Below, piece after piece: positions 17,043 to 25,338 of a stretch of 27,437 nucleotides of DNA; within the stretch, counting starts at the first letter, position 1; every line of letters begins with the position of its first letter. The notes under the pieces are model-generated. The model was given only the letters and a program-made list of their open reading frames with translations. It was not told the DNA's origin and searched no databases. The stretch is from a virus (lineage: Duplodnaviria > Caudoviricetes): the IMG/VR virus record IMGVR_UViG_3300020045_002449, positions 1 to 27,437 of that record. One strand, written 5' to 3'. The position numbers and the translations under genes are program-made.

Positions 17043-17146
17043 TCTGCATAAGAAAAACTATTTCTCCATTGATTGATGATAGTGGATACATTCCCCAATG
17101 GGGCAACAGCATCCAACCACTGTTCAAAAGCTTCATTTTCAGTCAT
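16541..17146 (-). CDS. Hypothetical protein whose frame continues ~167 codons into the primase gene (+1 frame)
   Basis: ATG overlaps the upstream gene end (ATGACTGA). The first ~35 codons occupy otherwise non-coding space. Confidence 0.5.
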   Translation of the reverse strand: MTENEAFEQWLDAVAPLGNVSTIINQWRNSFSYAEWLTNSSVTAPVPTAEVETTVPTTAMVGGSVLAAGPLVGVASVALSASEYEEMMSQTMVPTWPSPTIHAQIFPSTLSNFYTSTMSVSQQLYNMDLDTPPTSTNSSMNTKTKKAEQGAFKPVILTMTGQLKPSTLTVDQPAKSAQSTKRTPPTHWTNNITGQTTVVNW

Positions 17147-17813
17147 GCAGCACCGCCCTCGATGCCGTGGTTGCTACTGGCTCGGCCTTTGGCTCACTTG
17201 GCTGCGCGGTGGTGTAGAAGCAAGTCCCATCTACGAATCCATGTTCGGTGCTGTAAGTAACAGGAACCCACATGCCGTACGACTGATCCATATCGAGTGA
17301 CTTGCAGCAAATGTCACCGCGAACCACTTTCAGCATTGCGGACACTGGCTCCTGCACTGGCTCGGCCCTTGGCTTTGCCATCTTCCCATCGTGGAAGCCA
17401 GACAGGTAAGCAATGGTCAGATCATCATGTGCTGGCTCGGACTTTGGCTGCGCTGATCCTGTGCTCCCGCACTTTTCGCAGAACGGCGAATCTGACTCAA
17501 AGAAATGGAAATCTTCGCTATCCATACAGCCGTTGCAGGGCGGTTGTGATGGCGGATTTGCTGCGTGTTTGCAGGTATCGCAACTCGCAGGCTCCGGCTG
17601 CGCTTCCATAGATGCGACAGGGAGAAGATAAAGCCGATCACCCGCCTTTAATAGCATTGGCTCAGACTCAACAAGAAAGCCATCCTCCGTGACTATTGCA
17701 GCCGGGGCCTGTGATTCCAATGCGGTAATGAGTGCAGAAAGATCGGCATACTCTGGCAGGTTGGGATGCAGTAGATCTAAAGCAGCCCGCAGGGTGGTGA
17801 GTGTGTCAGCCAT
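17139..17813 (-). CDS. Mosaic GC-rich hypothetical protein with Cys motifs and A(Q/K)P..EP linkers
   Basis: GGAGG SD before ATG 17813; CDTC, CNGC and CEKC motifs; higher GC than flanks. Confidence 0.7.
   Translation of the reverse strand: MADTLTTLRAALDLLHPNLPEYADLSALITALESQAPAAIVTEDGFLVESEPMLLKAGDRLYLLPVASMEAQPEPASCDTCKHAANPPSQPPCNGCMDSEDFHFFESDSPFCEKCGSTGSAQPKSEPAHDDLTIAYLSGFHDGKMAKPRAEPVQEPVSAMLKVVRGDICCKSLDMDQSYGMWVPVTYSTEHGFVDGTCFYTTAQPSEPKAEPVATTASRAVLHD
17177..17449. repeat. Three dispersed 18-bp imperfect direct repeats
   Basis: CTGGCTCGG(C/A)C(T/C)TTGGCT at 17177-17194, 17357-17374 and 17432-17449. Confidence 0.8.
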
Positions 17814-18129
17814 TGGTGGCCTCCTTTGTGAGTTCTCTTGCTGTGACAACTGCCATAGAACACCACAGCGGGTTTGTTTCAGGGAAAGCCCCCCAAGCTG
17901 CGTTCCAATCTGCAATCTTTTCCAGCGCATCCCGCAGCACCTTGTTTTCCGCAGCCAGTGCATCACGTTCTGCTTTATACATAGCCTTAGAGGCCATTAG
18001 TTCAGTCTCAGCAAGGTACAACTCAATTTCCTGTACTTGGGCCTTACCTTGGGTAATAACCTCACCAGAGGGCTTAAAACAGCCCGGTGGGTATTCTGTG
18101 TCAGTACGTGCACTATTGTGCATACTCAT
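17806..18129 (-). CDS. Hypothetical protein with a coiled coil (107 aa)
   Basis: AAGGAG SD; ERDALAAENKVLRDALEKIA. Confidence 0.65.
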   Translation of the reverse strand: MSMHNSARTDTEYPPGCFKPSGEVITQGKAQVQEIELYLAETELMASKAMYKAERDALAAENKVLRDALEKIADWNAAWGAFPETNPLWCSMAVVTARELTKEATNG

Positions 18130-18292
18130 TCTCATCTCCTTTAGGTTCTTCATAACTACTTTCAGTATATTGAACTTCATCTGAAATAGTGTTGAAACAT
18201 TTATTACACAAGTCCACAAACTCACCAGAATTGGTGAACTTGCGGGTGGCTTCCTGATTGGTCAGGACTGAGTTACAAGAGTAGCAACGAAT
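18113..18292 (-). CDS. Small Zn-finger protein (59 aa) with an apparent ATT start
   Basis: CYSC...CNKC; TAAGGAG SD followed by ATT ATT CGT TGC, with no in-frame ATG/GTG/TTG nearby. Confidence 0.65.
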   Translation of the reverse strand: MRCYSCNSVLTNQEATRKFTNSGEFVDLCNKCFNTISDEVQYTESSYEEPKGDENEYAQ

Positions 18293-18302
18293 AATGTTCT
18301 CC

Positions 18303-19031
18303 TTATGCAGCAACGGCTGCTTCAACTGGTAGATTACGACGCTGTGCTGCTGATAGACCCCCGGCCCATGTCTCAGCACCACAGTTATGGATGGAGGAGC
18401 CATGTCCAAGAGTAGCCAGTCCATTCAAACTATTGTAACTTTCACTATGCCATAGCCAATACTTCTGGAATGCCTCCGGTACAGTGTACTTCCAACCACG
18501 GAACAACTCCATACCGTTGAGAAGCAAGGCCCGATCTGAACGAGCATCTGTACTTGACAGCATTGTATCAAAACTACGGAACTTTGCCAAACGATTGGAG
18601 ATGCGAATTACATAGGAAACTACGGAAATCAGATAAGTTTGGTTGAAATAGTAGCGAGGGATGTGAACCAAAACACAATTCTTTGTTTCTGTTTCAGGAA
18701 CAACTTCCATTGTCAAGGGGTAATCAGGATTTTCTTTGTTAATACAAGTGTTGATGTTAGTCATTAGTACATCTGTGTCATACACATTGTACAAACGAAG
18801 CCACAGACCATCCTCATTTACCTTAATTTTCTTATTATCAAGGCCATAAGCAACAACATCATAGTTATTATAGCGGGCAGCAAAATCATTTAGGTAATCC
18901 TTACACATAAACCGATTGGTTTGTGGGTAGAATGTATCTCCTTCCCGATAATATGCTTGCCAACGCAGAGGATTGGCTTGGGGCATCTCATGGTAGTAGA
19001 CATTCAACTGATCAGGTTTAAACTTATACAT
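18303..19031 (-). CDS. Hypothetical protein (242 aa), last gene of the ligase cluster
   Basis: ATG at 19031 overlaps the ATP-grasp stop; contains FMCKDYLND. Confidence 0.75.
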   Translation of the reverse strand: MYKFKPDQLNVYYHEMPQANPLRWQAYYREGDTFYPQTNRFMCKDYLNDFAARYNNYDVVAYGLDNKKIKVNEDGLWLRLYNVYDTDVLMTNINTCINKENPDYPLTMEVVPETETKNCVLVHIPRYYFNQTYLISVVSYVIRISNRLAKFRSFDTMLSSTDARSDRALLLNGMELFRGWKYTVPEAFQKYWLWHSESYNSLNGLATLGHGSSIHNCGAETWAGGLSAAQRRNLPVEAAVAA

Positions 19032-19725
19032 TTTGCAGGATTCCTTGGACGTATTTTTGGATGTTTGCACCAGTGATGCCCGGTGCGCTGTTGACTTCGA
19101 TGACAAACAACTCATTATTGCGCTCATTAAATCCGATGTCAACTCCCCGGAAGTCTGACGGACTAGCCTTTGCCGCAGCAAGAGCGAGTTCTCGTAGACC
19201 CTGAGGCTCGTTTGGTACTTCTTGGCAGAAAATATAGCCATTTGCTAGGTTCCTCACTTTAGTATCACGTTGATCAGTCCATCCAGTTTTCTTACGCTTC
19301 TCTACTACAGAGACAACAGTATCCATGAATACATGAACACGGAACTCACGTTTTTTCTTCTTGTACAAGGTATATACTGGACAGCCTCCTACTGCTCCAG
19401 CAGTCTCCTTATCAAAAATGACAATGCCCTTACCACAAGAGCTATTAAGATAACGGCGACCAAAGACCGTCTTGTCTTCCATGCACCATGCCATAGCCTG
19501 CTGAGGATCACAAGTGAATTCCAATGCTGATAGACCATGTTCCTTGAACCAGTGGTACTGGTGGATTTTATCCACAGAATGCCCATACTTCAGCTGTACA
19601 CGCCTCTGGGACGTTTTAGTGGTACGGACAACCTTATATCCTAGGGCAGTAGACAAAGCCCCAGCAAGGAGCTTCAGAGAGGCAGAGAAGCGGGTAGATT
19701 CAGTGCAAAGCAGGGAGAGTTTCAT
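19024..19725 (-). CDS. ATP-grasp ligase (RimK/YheC-like, compact)
   Basis: DK, G(K)GIV, REFRVHV, RN, DF.GVDI and IEVNSAPG motifs; ATG at 19725. Confidence 0.88.
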   Translation of the reverse strand: MKLSLLCTESTRFSASLKLLAGALSTALGYKVVRTTKTSQRRVQLKYGHSVDKIHQYHWFKEHGLSALEFTCDPQQAMAWCMEDKTVFGRRYLNSSCGKGIVIFDKETAGAVGGCPVYTLYKKKKREFRVHVFMDTVVSVVEKRKKTGWTDQRDTKVRNLANGYIFCQEVPNEPQGLRELALAAAKASPSDFRGVDIGFNERNNELFVIEVNSAPGITGANIQKYVQGILQNV

Positions 19726-20875
19726 GTTTGATAACCTTAGAGTAAGCGACCTTCTTGACATCACCAAGGGTAATGGTGACAATGCCCGATGCCTTGTCAT
19801 ATTCCATGTCAACAACTCGACCACGGAAAAGACAATTGAGGAACGATTCCTTAGGGGGCAACTCGTTCAAATCAAACTCAGCTCGAACCACATGGTCAAA
19901 GGAGAATTCGTCTATGTCTCCCATGAGGAGAACATCAGATGCACCTTGTGCTATTGTTTTAGGAAACTCTTTTTCAATGAAATCATCTGCCCAGAAGTCA
20001 GTGACTGTACTCATCCAACGATGCTTGACCCGCTTGAAAGCATTTTTACTAATGCGATTAATCCCAGACTGAGTACCAGCTTTCCCGATGATCTTCTGGT
20101 GTTTGGTAAACACCTCGGTACCAGTAGCCGAGTAGACTACTGGCTTTGCTTTTTTTGGTACGTAACTGATGACCTCCACCTTGTTAGTGTCAAGATCAAT
20201 ACTGTAAAGAGTATCTTCCTTGACAACAACTGGCTCGTGTCCTTTTAATGTAATTCCATTACGACCAAGAATCCAATACAACATACCAATCTCAGATGCC
20301 CAGAAGAATCCCTCAGGGGTATCCACAAAGGACAGCGGACGCTGGTCATTACGTGTCAAGTAAACTTTGTGATTGACCTGACTATATGCAGCAATGGCAT
20401 AGGCTCCCTTGACCTTACCAATAGCATCTTCAAACTTCTCAAGGTCCCAATCACCATTGAGCACAGGCTCTAGGTGGATCGCAAGAGCCTCACTGTCTAC
20501 CGTGGTATCAGCCAGTTCCTTGTGGCCCTGCAAGGTGCCATTGTGGACCAATGCGAAGGTCCCATTGACCGTGAATGGGTGGGAGTTAACATCATTGGCC
20601 ACACCAATAGTCTTCTTACGATTATGACCAATCAATGCCTTGCCACGATTGAACATGGCCTTGCCTTGAGTGGAGTACTGGATGTCATCAATGACCAGTG
20701 GAGCAGCGAACCCCTCTTTCATGATACCAAAGCTGGTATCTTTTTCTACAAGGATTACGCCTGTAGAATCCTCACCACGCAAGGTGTCGCAGAACAGCAT
20801 TTGATAAAAAGCTGCCTCAGTCTTAGTATCAAAACCATAGCCACTTTTGGGAATCACACCGAGAATGCCACACAT
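19700..20875 (-). CDS. Class II (Ntn) glutamine amidotransferase with an unknown C-terminal domain
   Basis: MCGI N-terminal nucleophile, RGEDSTG, GHNR, HPF, HNGT, VDSE, GAYA, RPL and WASE. Confidence 0.92.
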   Translation of the reverse strand: MCGILGVIPKSGYGFDTKTEAAFYQMLFCDTLRGEDSTGVILVEKDTSFGIMKEGFAAPLVIDDIQYSTQGKAMFNRGKALIGHNRKKTIGVANDVNSHPFTVNGTFALVHNGTLQGHKELADTTVDSEALAIHLEPVLNGDWDLEKFEDAIGKVKGAYAIAAYSQVNHKVYLTRNDQRPLSFVDTPEGFFWASEIGMLYWILGRNGITLKGHEPVVVKEDTLYSIDLDTNKVEVISYVPKKAKPVVYSATGTEVFTKHQKIIGKAGTQSGINRISKNAFKRVKHRWMSTVTDFWADDFIEKEFPKTIAQGASDVLLMGDIDEFSFDHVVRAEFDLNELPPKESFLNCLFRGRVVDMEYDKASGIVTITLGDVKKVAYSKVIKHETLPALH

Positions 20876-21642
20876 TACATCACCACCAGTTTAACATCGA
20901 TAATTTGATTTGTCATCATGCTACGAACCAAGGCGTAGTCATCACACAAACGAGATTGGCCAAAGATACGTGTGAAGGTAGTCAACATCTTGTCCTCCTT
21001 CAACAACTCAGCGTTAACCTGCGTATCTTTACTAACAGTAATTAGATTACTAATTACAGTGAGCCATTCATCCAACAGTTCTGTGTCATCATGACCATGC
21101 ATGTGTCGAAACTCTATGGTTCCTTGTGTGGACAGTGGCTTGATGTTCAGAGCTGTGTACTTGTGCCACCGACTAATCATGGTGGACAATGAGCAACTAT
21201 AAATAGTTGGTAGGTAGGTTTCGGTCAACGGAGTGCAGTGGATGTTATCACGGCGCTCAGGAGAACACAGCAGGAAGAATGCTTCTTCATACAAAGCATA
21301 CATCAGAACGATGTTACGAGTAACTTGTGCTGTAAGATTTGCACAATTAGCATGTACGTGGATGGATGTACGCTGTGAGAATGGATCATCTCCGATCAAT
21401 TTGATAGTCCCATGCAGTCCTTGGAACATCTCAGATGCCTTGGCTACAGGGACAGGCTTGCTGATGAACTCAAACCCATTGTTGCGCAAAGAGCCGTCAG
21501 TAGTGACATTCCAACCGAGAGATTCTGCATCGCCATGGGATTCCAGACGCTCAATCTCACACTCCAAACCCACGAATTGTGGGGAAGCCGGATCACTGAG
21601 AGCTTTCATTGCCAAATTACAGGCGTAGTCTTGATAAATCAT
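20875..21642 (-). CDS. Putative amidoligase (glutamine synthetase / GCS-like fold, phage type)
   Basis: GLECEIE, DGSLR..G.EF, SIHVH, KY.ALN and GTIEFRH. Confidence 0.88.
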   Translation of the reverse strand: MIYQDYACNLAMKALSDPASPQFVGLECEIERLESHGDAESLGWNVTTDGSLRNNGFEFISKPVPVAKASEMFQGLHGTIKLIGDDPFSQRTSIHVHANCANLTAQVTRNIVLMYALYEEAFFLLCSPERRDNIHCTPLTETYLPTIYSCSLSTMISRWHKYTALNIKPLSTQGTIEFRHMHGHDDTELLDEWLTVISNLITVSKDTQVNAELLKEDKMLTTFTRIFGQSRLCDDYALVRSMMTNQIIDVKLVVM

Positions 21643-22238
21643 GCTCCAATCACCTCGTAATGTTCATTGTTATCCAGCATGTGCTGCTGGATTTCGGGGG
21701 TAAAGATGGGTCTAATCATAATGATTTTCTTCAAGGAATAATCATACTGAGCAACCTTGTTGCTATCAATCAGAATAAATCCTGTTCGTTGATATGTCAT
21801 ACGACTGGTCAGGGCCACAGATTTGCGCTTACTTTTACCAGTAAAGGCATCCGTGAACGATGAATAGCGGGGCTTCGCAACAAATGCCTTGAGGGCAGAG
21901 AAGTCCAGCTCCAGTTTAGACCCTGTAACTACGTTAGTAATCATGGTGTTGTCTGCGCACAGTCCTCGACGATATTGCCGAGCAGGGATACGCTGCAACA
22001 AGTAGACAGAATCGTTCCACTGGAAAGTTGCCTTATGGGGCAACAGGTAATTCACAGTGTACGGATACTTGTCACTCAGGTGGAGTTGAAAGGCAGTATC
22101 ATCTTCATCAATCCCTTGCACCATTTCAGGTGAAACCTGTGTGATGAAGAACAATTTGTCACCAAATTCACTGAACTTGACAAAAGTGGAGCTGTAATAC
22201 TTGTCAATATCACGCCAGTTACTAGAAATAAAGTCCAT
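21639..22238 (-). CDS. Hypothetical protein (199 aa) within the ligase cluster
   Basis: TAATG and ATGA coupling on either side; R.PARQYRRG motif. Confidence 0.8.
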   Translation of the reverse strand: MDFISSNWRDIDKYYSSTFVKFSEFGDKLFFITQVSPEMVQGIDEDDTAFQLHLSDKYPYTVNYLLPHKATFQWNDSVYLLQRIPARQYRRGLCADNTMITNVVTGSKLELDFSALKAFVAKPRYSSFTDAFTGKSKRKSVALTSRMTYQRTGFILIDSNKVAQYDYSLKKIIMIRPIFTPEIQQHMLDNNEHYEVIGA

Positions 22239-22993
22239 TAAATCACCTCAAGGTTGAATTCATCTACCAGTTGTTTTGCTACCTGTTTATTATTGTTGTT
22301 AATAGCTTCAAGGATGCGGTCAGCGTGAGCTGCTACATCCCAAGTACCCGCCATCTCCTCTGCACGGGCAGTATTGCGGAAGGCCCAATCAATCAGGCGA
22401 TCTTCAAATATCCAGAAATTACTAAGAGTACGATACTCAACACCATAAGGCTTAACACGGCATGCGCCAGCCTTACCATAGAGTTGTTTTCGGGCTTCGC
22501 CAGTATCCATAAGAACTGAAGCAACACCAAGAACCAAATCGCAATTACGTACCACATCATAGGAGTCCTTCTTTGTTTCGATGTGAATGTGTCCACCAGC
22601 ACTGCGCATGAATGGATGTGGAGGCTGGGGTTTCTGGTTGGTCTTACCAGTCCAAGCATCATAGTCAGGCTCACAACCAAAGATGTGTGCAGCAGGATGT
22701 TGCATCTGATCTTCTGGGAATGTGATGCAAGACAACTTACTGAAAGACAAACCCGGCAGGTATTCCAGACTCTTAGCCATCACCGCGTTGATAGACCGTA
22801 CCAATTCTTCACTGGTACTAGCTGGAGGAATACCATATTCAAGAGAAACATTGTCCTCTTGCAAGGTGTAACCAACAGGCATGTCGGGAATCTGCATTGG
22901 ATTCCACTTATCAGCCATGATATAACCAATGGCACTAATAGGCTTGCCATCTTGATTGACCAAAAATGTTTCTGGATCGCTACCGATACGCAT
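22238..22993 (-). CDS. phiEco32-like COOH-NH2 ligase type 2
   Basis: IGSDPE, QEDNV.LE, FGCEPD, RSAGGHIH and R.LYGKAG..R.KPYGVEYRTLSNFW. Confidence 0.92.
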   Translation of the reverse strand: MRIGSDPETFLVNQDGKPISAIGYIMADKWNPMQIPDMPVGYTLQEDNVSLEYGIPPASTSEELVRSINAVMAKSLEYLPGLSFSKLSCITFPEDQMQHPAAHIFGCEPDYDAWTGKTNQKPQPPHPFMRSAGGHIHIETKKDSYDVVRNCDLVLGVASVLMDTGEARKQLYGKAGACRVKPYGVEYRTLSNFWIFEDRLIDWAFRNTARAEEMAGTWDVAAHADRILEAINNNNKQVAKQLVDEFNLEVI

Positions 22994-23006
22994 AATAACT
23001 CCTTAA

Positions 23007-23669
23007 TTAAACTGTAATGTCTGCCATCTCTAACACATACTCACGAACCAGATCGTTGCAGTAGATTGCGAACTCTGAATCGTTATTCACCCACTCAGGG
23101 TGGCCTTGGATAGCCAATCCCTTGATGTCAGGGAACCAGCACACCTCAATCTCTGGCTTACCTTCCATATCCACCTCACTATCCGTACCATCCAAATAGG
23201 TATGAGATAGGATGCGGGTGGTTTTGGCCAGAACAGTGTGGTTCACATCAAAGGGATACATCAACTGGTGGTGAGCTGATGTTGTTTGCATAACCACACC
23301 TTCACTTGTAATCATGGCATGGTTGCCATTACCGTGGCCACTCATGTGCTGCACAAGCCAGCCACCAGCGGCAGCACACAGCATTTGAGCACCGCGACAC
23401 ACACCAATCATCGGAATCTTATTCAACTTGCAATACTTCATTGCACCCCACTCAAAGATGTCACGACTAGACGGCCCTTGCCCAGCCTGACTACGTAGGC
23501 TAGTCGAATGGCGGTACAAAGAGGGGTGAATGTCCGTTCCACCCCAGAATACAACAGCATCCACACCAGAAAAGCCAAATTTGGATACATCTTGGCGTAC
23601 ACCAAACACATCGTCAAAAGGGGATGGACCATGCCCAACCGGGCAATAACCAAGAGTCAAAGGCTTCAT
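23007..23669 (-). CDS. Class I glutamine amidotransferase-like / peptidase C26 (gamma-glutamyl hydrolase family)
   Basis: GG.DI.P.LY, GVCRGAQ nucleophile elbow, S.HHQ and QGHPE; ATG at 23669. Confidence 0.9.
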   Translation of the reverse strand: MKPLTLGYCPVGHGPSPFDDVFGVRQDVSKFGFSGVDAVVFWGGTDIHPSLYRHSTSLRSQAGQGPSSRDIFEWGAMKYCKLNKIPMIGVCRGAQMLCAAAGGWLVQHMSGHGNGNHAMITSEGVVMQTTSAHHQLMYPFDVNHTVLAKTTRILSHTYLDGTDSEVDMEGKPEIEVCWFPDIKGLAIQGHPEWVNNDSEFAIYCNDLVREYVLEMADITV

Positions 23670-23670
23670 A

Positions 23671-24111
23671 CTAACAATCTCCCATAGTTTCGGTGATAAA
23701 TTCAGGTTTCTTCTTGACAAGCCAGTTGGCTGTAGTATTCAAAATGGTTGTACGATCACCCACTTGTTGAACACTCAGAATGAAAGGGGGCTCATGCCAA
23801 TCGACAGTGCCATAGTCGTTGTAATGACGACAGATACCGACCACTTGGCACAAGCCATATTGTTCCACATCCGCCTCATTTACAGGCCATGCTGTATCAC
23901 CCACCATGAGTTTACAGTCACTCTGTGCCTTGGCTACCATTGCACAGCGTTGACGATATACCTCAAGTGTAACCCCACGCTTATGGGCATTAGTTGTTTC
24001 AAAAACCGATGGGTGGCTCACCACTGGTGTAGTGTTAGGCAGAGTCATGTTGGGACGTTGATAGACCGTCTTGACAACGGGACGGGTACTGGGGTAGTAT
24101 TCTTCAATCAT
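23671..24111 (-). CDS. Hypothetical protein (146 aa)
   Basis: GGAG SD; overlaps or abuts its neighbours. Confidence 0.7.
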   Translation of the reverse strand: MIEEYYPSTRPVVKTVYQRPNMTLPNTTPVVSHPSVFETTNAHKRGVTLEVYRQRCAMVAKAQSDCKLMVGDTAWPVNEADVEQYGLCQVVGICRHYNDYGTVDWHEPPFILSVQQVGDRTTILNTTANWLVKKKPEFITETMGDC

Positions 24112-24262
24112 AGCGCATCTCCATCATAGTATCAGTAAGACGTTCAATTTCATCGACCAACCTCTCCATCATAAGCTCGGCATCTATTGCCCAGTTATAT
24201 AAGTCATCATCAATGGAGGATGGCCGGTCTTTAATGAGTTGCTCAGCTTCTTGAGCAATCAT
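24104..24262 (-). CDS. Small acidic hypothetical protein (52 aa, MIAQEAEQLIKDRP...)
   Basis: Read by hand; TGATG coupling to the upstream gene. Confidence 0.65.
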   Translation of the reverse strand: MIAQEAEQLIKDRPSSIDDDLYNWAIDAELMMERLVDEIERLTDTMMEMRYD

Positions 24263-24624
24263 CAAGCATCTTCCAGAGTGGTGAACATATCGGCATTGAA
24301 ATGGGGCACAACTGTCTCACCCATCTTACGGCGAACAACAGCAGGACGCTTTGCCTGCTCGTTAATGACAATACGCTTCTTCAGAGGATTCTCAGCGTAC
24401 TCATTGCGCAGCACCTCAGTGACGCCGTTGGCAGCATCCAAATTGAGTACCAATATATGTAATGCAGAATACTCCTTAACCCTAAAGGCGTCTTTGTAAT
24501 ACACCTCATGATCGTTGGCAGAACCCTGTCCTGTACCATCGTCAAAAACCAGAATGGACTTAGCCAATGTGAGATTGACCCGCTCATACTGGTTAGTAGA
24601 GACATAGAAAAGAAAATGTTTCAT
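24262..24624 (-). CDS. Hypothetical protein (120 aa)
   Basis: GGAG SD; start abuts the upstream stop. Confidence 0.72.
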   Translation of the reverse strand: MKHFLFYVSTNQYERVNLTLAKSILVFDDGTGQGSANDHEVYYKDAFRVKEYSALHILVLNLDAANGVTEVLRNEYAENPLKKRIVINEQAKRPAVVRRKMGETVVPHFNADMFTTLEDA

Positions 24625-25071
24625 TTAAAACTCCAAATAGTACAAGGAAATCTCATGACCTTCCCCCTTGCTTGCAGGGCCACCTCGATTGTTACGAAAC
24701 ACCTGCACCAACGTCATACCGGGATAGTTGCGCAAGGCTTGATCATACTGAGCTGTCTCTCTGGACAAAGCAATATGAAAGCCACAAATATCAAACAGTG
24801 TTAGACCGTTGTTTGAGTCATCTCGAAATATAGAGTCATATTCAACGGCCCACTTATCTTTAAAGTGCTGCATGAAAGCATCCACCGATTCCTCACGTTG
24901 CCAGAATCCATATGGAGTGAGGTTTCCCAGCATGGACATGCCACAGCAATGCCCAACAGAGTTCTGAATGGTGCAGATGGGCTTTGGACCCTGTGAGGAG
25001 TAGCCTTCTATAACCGAACTAACTTTAATTGATCGTGTGTAAGGCTCGTTACCTGCTGTAATGTTAAACAT
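24625..25071 (-). CDS. Hypothetical protein (148 aa, HCCG motif)
   Basis: GGAG SD before ATG 25071. Confidence 0.72.
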   Translation of the reverse strand: MFNITAGNEPYTRSIKVSSVIEGYSSQGPKPICTIQNSVGHCCGMSMLGNLTPYGFWQREESVDAFMQHFKDKWAVEYDSIFRDDSNNGLTLFDICGFHIALSRETAQYDQALRNYPGMTLVQVFRNNRGGPASKGEGHEISLYYLEF

Positions 25072-25273
25072 AGCTATCTTCTCCAGAGCCAATATCCACC
25101 AGCCGGTTGTTGATAGTCCTTCCATTGCTGGAACCAGTGTCGTTCCCAATGTATTTGGGCAGATGTGGACTCATAGCTTGAGCAATGACATGGTTGGATT
25201 CATCCACCACATAACCCCGCTTCTTGATTGCTTTTTCACGAGCAGCCTTGAAGCTGGGTGTAAGTTGCACCAT
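25064..25273 (-). CDS. Small hypothetical protein (start uncertain)
   Basis: Fills the gap and overlaps the next start. The best SD (GGAG) precedes an out-of-frame ATG at 25304. Confidence 0.5.
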   Translation of the reverse strand: MVQLTPSFKAAREKAIKKRGYVVDESNHVIAQAMSPHLPKYIGNDTGSSNGRTINNRLVDIGSGEDSYV

Positions 25274-25338
25274 TTTCAATGTGATCAACCATAGTAAAGT
25301 ACATACTAACTCCGATTTAAACTACCATCTCTGGATGG

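Noticed and set aside
19514-20248. 244-aa plus-strand ORF antisense to the GATase/ATP-grasp genes
   Set aside because: Antisense shadow of motif-supported genes, with no motifs or translation signals.
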